A stretch of DNA of 64,000 bases, from positions 50,592,001 through 50,656,000 of the forward strand of contig NC_043004.1 of the NCBI RefSeq assembly GCF_006345805.1. Direction: 5' to 3'. The notes under the pieces were generated by a model that saw only the letters and a program-made list of their open reading frames with translations, was not told where the DNA came from and ran no database searches. The stretch comes from Octopus sinensis (taxonomy: Eukaryota). The first letter of the stretch is position 1; each line of letters begins with the position of its first letter. Made by a program: the position numbers and the translations under genes. Shown piece by piece: positions 22,312 to 32,516 of this stretch.

Positions 22312-23680
22312 TAAAGACGGAGAGCTGGCAGAAGCGTTAGCGCGCCGGGCGAAATGCTTAGAGGTATTTCGTCTGCCGTTACGTTCTGAGTTCAAATTCC
22401 GCCGAGGTCGACTTTGCCTTTTATCCTTTCGGAGTCGATAAATTAAGTACCAGTTACACACTGGGGTCGATATAATCGATTTAATCCGTTTGTCTGTCCT
22501 TGTTTGTCTCCTCTGTGTTTAGCCCCTTGTGGGCAGTAAAGAAATAGGTATTTCGCCTGCCGTTACGTTCTGAGTTCAAATTCTGCCGAGGTCGACTTTA
22601 CCTTTCATCCTTTCGGGGTCGATTAAATAAGTACCAGTTACGCACTGGGTCGATGTAATCGACATAATCCGTTTGTCTGTCCTTGTTTGTCTCCTCTGTG
22701 TTTAGCCCCTTGTGGGTAGTAAAGAAATAGAAATAGGTATTTCGTCTACTGCTACGTTCTGAATTCAAATTCCGCCGAGGTCGACTTTGCCTTTTATCCT
22801 TTCGGTGTCGATAAATTAAGTACCAGTTACGTACTGGGGTCGATGTAATCGACATAATCCGTTTGTCTGTCCTTGTTTGTCCCCTCTGTGTTTAGCCCCT
22901 TGTGGGCAATAAAGAAATAGAAATAGGTATTTCGTCTGCTGCTACGTTCTGAGTTCAAATTCCGCCGAGGTCGACTTTGCCTTTCATCCTTTCGGTGTCG
23001 ATAAATTAAGTACCAGTTACGTACTGGGGTCGATGTAATCGACATAATCCGTTTGTCTGTCCTTGTTTGTCCCTTCTGTGTTTAGCCCCTTGTGGGCAAT
23101 AAAAAAATAGAAATAGGTATTTCGTCTGCTGCTACGTTCTGAGTTCAAATTCCGCCGAGGTCGACTTTGCCTTTCATCCTTTCGGTGTCGATAAATTAAG
23201 TACCAGTTACGTACTGGGGTCGATGTAATCGACATAATCCGTTTGTCTGTCCTTGTTTGTCCCTTCTGTGTTTAGCCCCTTGTGGGCAATAAAAAAATAG
23301 AAATAGGTATTTCGTCTGCTGCTACGTTCTGAGTTCAAATTCCGCCGAGGTCGACTTTGACTTTTATCCTTTCGGTGTCGATAAATTAAGTACCAGTTAC
23401 GTACTGGGGTCGATGTAATCGACATAATCTGTTTGTCTGTCCTTGTTTGTCCCTTCTGTGTTTAGCCCCTTGTGGGCAATAAAGAAATAGAAATAGGTAT
23501 TTCGTCTGCTGCTACGTTCTGAGTTCAAATTCCGCCGAGGTCGACTTTGCCTTTCATCCTTTCGGTGTCGATAAATTAAGTACCAGTTACGTACTGGGGT
23601 CGATGTAATCGACATAATCCGTTTGTCTGTCCTTGTTTGTCCCTTCTGTGTTTAGCCCCTTGTGGGTAGTAAAGAAATAA
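22312..23680 (+). repeat. Tandem array of SINE B: one full copy plus six head-truncated units of about 190 bp
   Basis: Unit starts at 22548, 22737, 22927, 23117, 23307 and 23497; the ORF track shows the same 190-bp period. Confidence 0.95.
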
Positions 23681-24025
23681 GAGGTAGTAGTAGTAGTAGT
23701 AAACAGAAGTTTGTAAACAAAAATCATTGTATGTGTATGTATATATTCCTACACACCTTTATATGTAAGCGTGCGCACGCATTCATATGTGCCAGCGCAT
23801 GTGGGTGTGTTTGCCAATATTTTACATATGTATGTATGTACGCATGTATGTATCCATGTGTGTATGCGCATACATGTTTGCATGTGTCTATGGTCACGCA
23901 CATCTGCACTTCTATGCAAGCGTGTTTGTTCGTGTGTGTGTATGTGGGGTGGGGTGGGGGGCGCATGTGAATGTGTGCGGATACAGGTTTGAACTGGTAG
24001 CTGATTGTTGTACCATGAGAGAGAG

Positions 24026-24082
<57 letters not shown>

Positions 24083-24720
24083 GGAGAGAGAGAAAGAGAG
24101 AGAAAAAGGGAGAGAGAGAGAATGCATGTAAGGGACGCCAACAAAAAAACATTGTACAGGAGGGAGAAGGCAAGGTGGGGGGGAGGGCAAGAGGAGTTTC
24201 ATTGTTATTGTTGTTTTTCACCAGCGACACACAGACAGAGAGGCGTGTGGCATGTGTCGAGTGGAGGGTGGAGGGAGCGACGCGGGGTGTGACGCGGGGT
24301 GGCAATTGCTATGGCAAACACCTGCCGTACAAATGAGGCAGAGCTTGGAATGTGGGACGGTAGCGTATTGCCATCACCATTATAATGATGCTGCTACTGG
24401 CCACCGACGCAATCACCACCACCGTCATCATCACCATCCCCCCCACCACCACCACCATGCCCACCATTACCACCATCAATACCAACCTCGCCATCACTAC
24501 TACAACCACTAACATCACCATCACCATTCATGACCGTCCTATCTTTTGTTCAGACATAATCTACCTGGTAGGTGTCTTCACACCCTTAGTCACGTTTAGA
24601 TGACCACTATAATTCTCCTCTTTCTCTCTCCCTCCCTCCCTCCCTCACCCCCCTCTCTCTATTATTATTATTATTATTTCTAAGTCTCTCTAAAGGAGAC
24701 AATGGCAGCGGTACTGGATA

Positions 24721-25045
24721 TTAACAGTTATCGCCAAGCTAATATGGCAGTCCATAAATGTAAGACTAAAGCTGCCGTTGATTAGCTCCAAGAGGCCATC
24801 GCCTCTAGCTAGCTATATGACACACGAACCTTTGTCCATTATAACCTACGAACAGGGGAGGTCAACCGCTTCCCCTTGCTGGTCAGGCATCTGCAGACAT
24901 GTTTCAAGGTATTTGCCCTTTATCAATGCAGAGTAGCCAAACCTAGCATATAGCTAGCTAGAGGTGATGGCCTCTTGGAGCTAATCAACGGCAGCTTTCG
25001 TCCTATATTTATGGACTGCCATATTAGCTTGGCGATAACTGTTAA
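24721..25045. mobile_element. MITE with about 95-bp terminal inverted repeats
   Basis: Arms 24725-24819 and 24947-25041. Ends read either TTAA-CAG...CTG-TTAA or TA-TTAACAG...CTGTTAA-TA. Confidence 0.88.
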
Positions 25046-25063
25046 TATATATATATATATATA

Positions 25064-26308
25064 TTGGGTTGAGGAATAATTCATCACCGTTTTTTTTAAA
25101 TGAAAAAAACTACAACAAATTAATCAATAATATTACTTTCCGTTGTTGTTTACGACTTCTTCCCATCGTTCAATAAGTTTTTCGATGCCTCGGCGATAGA
25201 AATCTGCCGGTCTTGACTCAACAAATTCGTCCAACCAAGTTCTCAATTCCACGTCATTATTGAATAATACATTACGCAAAGCGTTCGAGAGCGGTCGAAA
25301 GAGATGAAAATATGACGGCACCAAGTTTGGAGAGTATGGAGTATGAGGTAGCACTTCCCGTTCGAGTTCTTGAATCGCAGCTTTGGTCATATTGGTGATG
25401 TGAGGACGGGCGTTGTCGTGTTGCAGAAGAACGCCATTTCGCCTATTCGGTCTTTTTTGCTGAATTGCTTCGTTGAGTCGGTGCAGTTGTTGAACGTAGA
25501 GCTCCGCATTGAGTGTTTGGTTGCGTAATGAATTATGCCTTCCCAGCCCCGCCATACACACAACATGGTCTTTCGAGGATGAAGATCTTTTGCTCGCAAA
25601 GTCGCTTGTTTGTCGGAGCTGAGCCATTCTTTTCGCTGCTTCATATTTCATCGCCATTGACAATGCGGTAAAGAAAACGCTGTCTGTGACCAAGTGTTGA
25701 GCGATGTCGAGCGAGCAAACTGGCGGCGATTGTGGGGCGTTGATTTTTGTTGCTTTCGCTCAAAGTGTGTGGCACCCAAGCGCCGAGTTTCTGAACCTTG
25801 TTCACTGAGTGAACGTGGTTCACCACAGCTTTTTTTTAAATTTTTTTTTTATCACAATCCATCTGCTCCGCTAATTCTCTGGTCGTTTGACGTGGAGTTT
25901 CGTGAAGAAGTTGATTCAATCGCTCTTCATCGAACTCAATTCGTCGACCGGTGTATAATCTGCCCTTGAGGCTAAAATTCCTATTTTTAAAGTGCGAAAA
26001 CCAACGGCGGGTGGTCCTTTGAGGCATTGCACAAATCTCACGAGCAGCTTCGGCAACCTTAACACCTCGATTAAATGCAAAAAAAAACAAATGGTTTCGA
26101 AAATGCTCAGTTTTGTCCACTTGACATTTCATTTTAATGATCTGAAAATACACAAAAATTTATAAAATTTAAAAATCAAAACACACTATCTTGTTGAGCA
26201 AAAAATTCTCTTTTGCATAACATAAGACACTTTGCCAATGCGTTTTATTTCTGCGTGCATTTCTAAATTTGAAAAAAAAAAATGATCATGAATTATTCCT
26301 CAACCCAA
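25064..26308 (-). mobile_element. Near full-length mariner transposon (1245 bp), transposase disrupted
   Basis: TIRs TTGGGTTGAGGAATAATTCAT with TA on both sides. Fragments: HTH (AEAAREIC...RRWFSHFKN), GAWVPHTL, RIVNGDE, LHPRKTMLCVW, LLQHDNARPH, YSPNLVPSYFHLF. Confidence 0.95.
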
Positions 26309-26344
26309 TATGTGCATGTGTGTGTGTGTGTGTGTGTCTGTCTG

Positions 26345-26583
26345 TCTGTCTTTGTGTATGTGTCTGTCTATCGCCACCGCTTTACAACCGGTGTTGGTGT
26401 GTTTACGTCCCCCGTAACTTATCGGTTCGGCAAAAAACAACCGATAGAATAAGTACTAGGCTTTCCAAAAAATGATAAGTACTGGGGTTGATAAGTTCGA
26501 TCAAAATTCTTCAAGCTGGTGCTCTAGCATGACCGCAGTCTCTAATGACTGAAACAAGTAAAAAAAAAAATAAATAAATAAAG
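26345..26583 (+). mobile_element. SINE family A, 3' half
   Basis: Family core and tail; inverted relative to the next copy. Confidence 0.78.
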
Positions 26584-26754
26584 ATAGTGTTTTATGCTTT
26601 ATGGATTTTTTGTATCTTTATTCTTCCGCTACAACTTTTGTTTGTCCTTTGTGAAATTTGGATAAAATTTGCCTCTTTTGAGGCGTGTGACGATGCAGTG
26701 CCAAAGGGGGAAGAAAAAAAACAACGAATTCATTAGACAACCAAATACGTTATC

Positions 26755-26968
26755 CTCATTTCAGTTTTATTCGGTCATTTGACTGCAGCCATGCTGGAGC
26801 ACTGCCTTGAAGAGGTTTTAATCGAAGAAATCGATCCCAGAACTTAATCTTTGTAAGCCTAGTACTTGTTCTAGCGGTGTTTTGCCGAACCGCTAAGTTA
26901 CGGGGACATGAACATGCCAGCATCGCTTGTCAAGCGATGGCGGGAGGGGAGGGGCAAACACGCACATG

Positions 26969-27016
<48 letters not shown>

Positions 27017-27170
27017 ACACACACACACACACACACATACACGACGCGCTTCTTTTAGTTACCGTCTACCAAATCCACTCACAAAGCTTTTGACTAAAGT
27101 GTCACGCAGTGGAACTGAACCTGGAACCATGTGGTTTTGAAGCAAGTTTTTTACCACACAGCCACTCCTG
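26755..27170 (-). mobile_element. SINE family A, near full length with an internal deletion
   Basis: Head at about 27110-27170 and tail at about 26755-26830. Confidence 0.8.
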
Positions 27171-27608
27171 AAATTGTCCAGAGATTATTCCAATATGAAA
27201 CGATGACGTCATCTCATAGTTGATATCGGAGTCAAGTGTTACAAGATGGCAGACCAACAATACGATGGTTGCCATGATTCAAAACACTTCACTTCATCGC
27301 CTCAGTCTACCTAGCTGTATATAGATGGCACTAAGAGCTACCAGGAACTATTTCATTGTGTGTGTAAGTGCCTGATAAGTCCCGATAAGATTTCTGAAGG
27401 GTTTCTGCTTAACCCCAATTTAATGGTGTTCAGCGGACGAGAGATAAATCTTCACTCTCATAGACTGTTGACCTTTCTGTCTTGCGCACGAATCGCCATC
27501 GAGGGAAGACCTCACACAGAAGTGAGTAGTTTAATTAGCAGACCTTATTGTAAAGAATGCAGCACAAATTTAATTAAAACGTAGTTTTTGCTGCAACAGC
27601 AGCAGTAT

Positions 27609-27830
27609 GGAGGTGCAATGGCCCAGTGGTTAGGACCGCGGACTCGCGGTCATAAGAACGCGGACTCGCGGTCATAAGAACGCGGTTTCGATTCCCAGAC
27701 CGGGCATTGTGAGTGTTTATTGAGCAAAAACACCTAAGCTCCACAAGGCTCCGACGTGGGGGCGGGGGCTGAATCCCGCTGCATTCTTTCACCACAACTT
27801 TCTCTCACTCTTTCTTCCTACTTCTGCCAC
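27609..27830 (+). mobile_element. SINE family C head/body with a 22-bp tandem duplication in the head
   Basis: GCGGACTCGCGGTCATAAGAAC occurs twice; homologous to 3173-3549. Confidence 0.75.
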
Positions 27831-28109
27831 AAAGCAGAGGAATCATGGTGTAACCCACTATGGTGTGGTAAACTTTCAGACCCCAGTCTAGATTGCGAAT
27901 CCTCTGTTCCCCAGGTTGGTTCAGCTCTCCACCCGTTAAAAGCCACCGTTTACAGAATGAGGATAACAACGTAGCTTTCGCGTCCGTGCAACCACCAGTC
28001 TATCGTGTGTGGTGCGTGGATCTTCAAGTTGCCACACGCATTCTTAGTAGCTTAGAGTAGGCTCGAATTAGAGATTATTCTTTGTGGACAATGGCGTGAG
28101 TCCTGACTG

Positions 28110-28220
28110 GAAGAAGAAGAAGAAAGAAGAAGAAGAAGATGAAGAAGAAGATGAAGAAGAAGAAGAAGAAGAAGAAGAAGAAGAAGAAGAAGAAGAAGAA
28201 GAAGAAGAAGAAGAAGAAGA
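28110..28220. repeat. (GAA)n microsatellite
   Basis: Directly visible. Confidence 0.95.
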
Positions 28221-28344
28221 ATTTCTGAGAATCTTAAGAGAGGGATGAACTTCACAGCTGCACACTATCCGATTATGTGTGTAATGCAAAATAAAAGGTC
28301 GCCAAATTTCGCACCTTATTAATTCTTTCTACCATATGCATAAG

Positions 28345-28520
28345 GCCAGCATTTTCGAGGGGAGGGGAAAATTCGATTTTATAGATTCCAGTACTTCAAT
28401 GGAACTTTATTACTTCGACTCCGAAAAGATGAACGGCAAAGTCGATCTCGGTGGAATTTGAACTCAGAACGTTAAAAGTCAGACGAAATGACTTGCAGCA
28501 TTTTGTCAGACAAGCTAACG
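28345..28520 (-). mobile_element. SINE family B variant, diverged
   Basis: GAGTTCAAATTCC box and core on the minus strand; alternative tail type. Confidence 0.65.
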
Positions 28521-28753
28521 CAGAGTTTGGAGAATTTCTAAACCAATTTCTCCAAAATATATTTATTTATGCCGGCGTTAGCCCCTTGATTTGAAAGGAA
28601 GAAAATCATAGATTCTTTGAATTCAAAAGGTTTATAAAATCTATTTATAGGGAGAATACAATTATAAATATAAAAAAGCATAAAACAAATGCGATAAAAT
28701 AAATTAATATCCTCATTATGAATCAAAAGGATTTTTCTAGAAACTTTTCCACT

Positions 28754-28943
28754 TCAGGTTCTGGAGAAATGATGTTTAATTTCTGTTACAATTACATCAA
28801 AATTGGGGCATTTTGACGCCAGAGCAATTTGAATACAATCTTCGGGGTTCAATCGATTACCCAGCTTTGTTTTTATGTTCATTAGAGTGGAAAATCCTCG
28901 TTTGCAAATATAGGTTGTTGCAAAAGGCAGCAAAATTTTGACT
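28754..28943 (-). mobile_element. hAT (Buster/Charlie-type) transposase C-terminal fragment
   Basis: ILLPFATTYICKRGFSTLMNIKTKLGNRLNPEDCIQIALASKCPNFDVIVTEIKHHFSRT*, the hAT dimerisation-domain pattern LLPF.TTY.CE.GFS.L..IKTK.RNRL. Confidence 0.85.
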
Positions 28944-29160
28944 CAAGGGGCTAAACACAGAAGGGACAAACAAGGACAGACAAACGGATTATGTCGATTA
29001 CATCGACCCAGTGCGTAACTGGTACTTATTTAATCGACCCCGAAAGGATGAAAGGCAAAGTCGACCTCGGCGGAATTTGAACTCAGAACGTAGCGGCAGA
29101 CGAAATACCGCCAAGCATTTCGCCCGGCGTGCTAACGATTCTGCCAGCTCACCGCCTTAG
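28944..29160 (-). mobile_element. SINE family B, near full length
   Basis: Head CTAAGGCGGTGAGCTGGCAG; core and tail as in the other copies. Confidence 0.88.
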
Positions 29161-29598
29161 CTTCTTTCAGTTTCTGTCAACTAAATCTACTCACAAGGCT
29201 TTTGGTCGGCCCGAAAACTATCAATTAAAACATTCGTATGGAAACAAATTGACTTGGAATTCGACAGAGAAAAAAATATCGATCGTTAAACACCAAAAAT
29301 TTAACAGGTATTTTATAAGCAGCGTCAGTTACAACAGGGTCAAAGTAGAAGAAAAATTTCTTGAAAAGAAATAAGTGTCTGTTTCCTGACTATGTTTCAA
29401 ACTGTCTAAACCTAAACAACAACAAGAATAACAATAGCAATTATGCTGAGCAATTTTTATTCTTAAAGATGATGCAACGGTACAAAATAATGATGCAATA
29501 TTTGTAATGATTTCAAATAGGTAGGGAGAAAATAACAAGAAATCAGAAATTACTCATTTTTGCCCTTCGCCGTATGTGTGTGTGTGTTGTGTGTGTGT

Positions 29599-29634
<36 letters not shown>

Positions 29635-29762
29635 CACACGAGTTAGTGGACAAACGAAAGAACGAAGAGGCACTTAACACATTTAACAGGAATTAATTTA
29701 CACACAAGGGAGTTTTTTTTTTTTTTTCGCGGGTCTTTTTTTCTTTTTCTAGTTATTTTGCA

Positions 29763-30164
29763 GGATCTTTTCGGTTTGAACGGCAGTTTTTCTAGCGGTG
29801 TCATATGAAATTGTCACCCATAATTTCATATGTATTGATCTATTGCATTTCAATCTGTTTTAGGGTTAGGGTTAGGGGTGGGGGGAAGGTATCTTTCTTT
29901 TTTTTTTTCTTCACAAATGTAATCTGTTTCTTAAACGAGAGACATATTCATACGGCACAGAATGTTTTTTTTAACTCAATAGACGTCGTTGATTGGTTGA
30001 AATTGCAGAAATTGAAGAAAAAAAACAACAGATATCTTAAAAACTATAGAATTTTCAAGAGAAAAAGATGTTTTATAAACACATTCTACCAGTATACGAA
30101 GTTAAAAATTTGTTTAGTTACCTAGAAATTATGTTAAAAACTGCCATTCAAACCGAAAATATCC
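29763..30164. mobile_element. Non-autonomous DNA transposon, Merlin-like ends
   Basis: About 30-bp TIRs GGATCTTTTCGGTTTGAACGGCAGTTTTT; 8-bp flanks ATTTTGCA/ATTTTACA (one mismatch). GG...CC ends with an 8-bp duplication fit Merlin. Confidence 0.7.
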
Positions 30165-31084
30165 ATTTTACATGCTTTCAACGAATGTGATATCGAAATC
30201 ACGCACAAACGGCTTCTTTTTTCCAGAAAAGGGCAGATTTAGCTGCTATTTCTAGCATTCCCTGCTACCACATAACAGCTATTTGCGTTGACACCGAAAT
30301 ATTTACCAACTTTTTTCTTTCCATTTATTTTTTCCACTTTATGAATGTCAATACTTTCTCTATTGATATCCACCTCAGTTAATTTTGCTTTTCTCCCAGT
30401 TTTGTGCTTTCTGGAAGAAAATCCCTCACATTATCTCAAAGCTACGAGAATTCACTAACGTGATTTGTTTATTTTTTAAAAAAGATTTCGTAGAGGAATT
30501 AGATACAACAGGTTTTGGCCGGTTTAAACAGTAAAGGGTTAAAAAGTGCTAAAACTATAAAATCAGCTTTTTTTTAGGGCTTTTGAATTCCAAAACTGGG
30601 TTTTTTCATTTCTTTCTTTCTTTTTTTTTTTTTACTTTAGAGTTTTAAATTGCTGATTTTATAGTTTTAAATTTTAAAGGGCCTAAAAAAAAGCTGAAAG
30701 AATGACGCGTACTATATTAAACATGCTAAGACAATCTGAAAACAATAGAAACATTTAAACGTTTACCGGTTTTTATGAAATTTTTGGGTTAACAGACTTG
30801 AGTTTACAGAAGCTAAATGTAACGAAAAATTTATTAGTCAGACAATGGTTTTCAAAATTAACTTAAAAGTTAACAAAAATGTTAACTCCGCGTCTCTTTG
30901 TCTTCTCTCCTGGTGCTGTATGAACATTTAATGTGGTTTTAGAGTCAAGTTTTGGCTGCTATTTCCAGCATGGTGGTATCTCTTAGATACTCTAAATTAT
31001 AATTTTAATAATTATTACCTTTGAAGGTTTTTATTCCCATGCTGGCCACTTGATAAGATCGATATTTAAATATCGATCTTATCC

Positions 31085-31121
<37 letters not shown>

Positions 31122-31283
31122 TGAGAAAGTTGGTGTGTGAAAGCACGTGGTTGAATATATAGAAAATAGTAAAAAGTGAAAAAACTACAGAAGGCTTGTT
31201 TTAAAAGGTTAAAAAATATATATTTGAGTCATTATGTCTGAAGAATGTTATAAATTTTTTTCATACAATGACATAATTTAGAA

Positions 31284-31319
31284 GAAATGACCGGTTTCGC
31301 GTTCAGCTTTTCAAATTTC
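31284..31319 (-). ncRNA. Decayed minimal hammerhead fold
   Basis: gaaat-TTGAAAA-GC(tgaac)GC-GAA-ACCGGT-C-atttc. Stems I and III are intact with a GUC site, but there are two core substitutions. Confidence 0.4.
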
Positions 31320-31357
31320 TTACATCGTTATGTTTACGTTGAGAATATATATATATC

Positions 31358-31535
31358 TTCTATCTTTTACTTGTTTCAGTCATTGGACTGCAGCCATACT
31401 GGTGCACCGCCTCGAAGAAGTTTTAGTCGAATGTATCGACCCTAGTACTTATATTTGTTTTAAAGCCTGATACTTATTATATCTGTCTTTTTTGCCGAGC
31501 CACTAAGTAACGAGTTGTCAAGCGGTGGGTGTGAC
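31358..31535 (-). mobile_element. SINE family A, 3' half
   Basis: Family tail on the minus strand. Confidence 0.72.
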
Positions 31536-31549
31536 ACACACACACACAC

Positions 31550-31582
<33 letters not shown>

Positions 31583-31759
31583 TGTATGTATGTATGTATG
31601 TATGTATGTATGTATGTATGTATGTATGTACGTACGCTAGAGTTGAACTAGGGACAGCTGATGAAGGGGATTTTTCCTTGTGTAGTTTGTCTTGTACTCT
31701 GTTTTTCTGTTGTAAAAAAATGGTTTGTTCCATGCTTGTTTTTCCGTTTTCGTTTCTCA

Positions 31760-32116
31760 TGGTAGTGTCCTTGTAAGCTGTTTGAAGTATGACAACTATT
31801 TCGGCTGCCGTTTTCCCTAACAGAGAACAGGATTTCACGGAAGTACACTCTTCCTTCGTTTCAGCCGTCGCAAAAATCGACGAACAGGGGAGAAGCATTG
31901 CAAAACAAAGATGCACCAGGTACCTGTACGACTTCACTCTACGACACAGGTTACGAACTGGTGTGCCGTGGTACCCTGGGGTACCGCGAGATCAACAGTG
32001 AAATACACATACTGATGCCTGAGGGTCGCATCAAGTGGCTTCTGGTGTCGGAAGCCTGAACTACAACGGGCTTACCCCCACAGAGAACTTTCCGGTTATT
32101 TTTGGGTCCCTCCTCG
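31760..32116 (-). mobile_element. Mariner 5' fragment
   Basis: TA-CGAGGAGGGACCCAAAAATAACCGGAA terminus; AETKEECTSVKSCSLLGKTAAEIVVILQTAYKD resembles the mariner N-terminus (KFCF.LGKTA.ET..ML..AY.D). Confidence 0.75.
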
Positions 32117-32439
32117 TATATACAATATATACAAATATGCAAAACAAGCTTCCACACAGTTTCTGGCTATCAAATTCATAGGCTATTGGTCGACCAGAAG
32201 ACACTTGCCTACGGTGTCGTGCAGTTATAGAGAAGAATAAAAAGAAAGAACCAAAAAATAAAAATAAACAGAAACCCACTGGAGAGGTGAGCAAAAACGC
32301 TGGCGGTAGGAAAGAAAAATATAAACTAGAAGAGAGAGAGAGAGGGGGTAAGGGAGAGAGGGGGACATAGAGAGAAGAGGAGAATAAGACAGAGAGATAA
32401 AGGAAGAAGATAAGAGAGAGAACAAAGGTGAAACAGAGG

Positions 32440-32516
<77 letters not shown>

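Noticed and set aside
22548-23680. CRISPR-like or satellite-gene interpretation of the 190-bp array and its repeated 72-aa ORFs
   Set aside because: The units are contiguous SINE copies without unique spacers; the ORFs are antisense SINE read-through.
19597-27521. Plus-strand micro-exon chain 19597-19632, 24554-24567, 27464-27521 (LDDAYLENVLR-DIIYL-TVDLSVLRTNRHRGKTSHR)
   Set aside because: Phase-compatible but very short. Its natural next exon at 28758 proved to be antisense hAT sequence, which shows how easily such signals arise by chance here.
27830-28080. Possible RTE 5' region (CCACCCGTTAAAA then MRITT) fused to SINE C
   Set aside because: The similarity is limited to a few residues with stops; not distinguishable from chance.
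30500-30830. Short interleaved inverted repeats in AT-rich sequence
   Set aside because: Probably subterminal repeats of a decayed DNA transposon, but no termini or target duplication could be defined.
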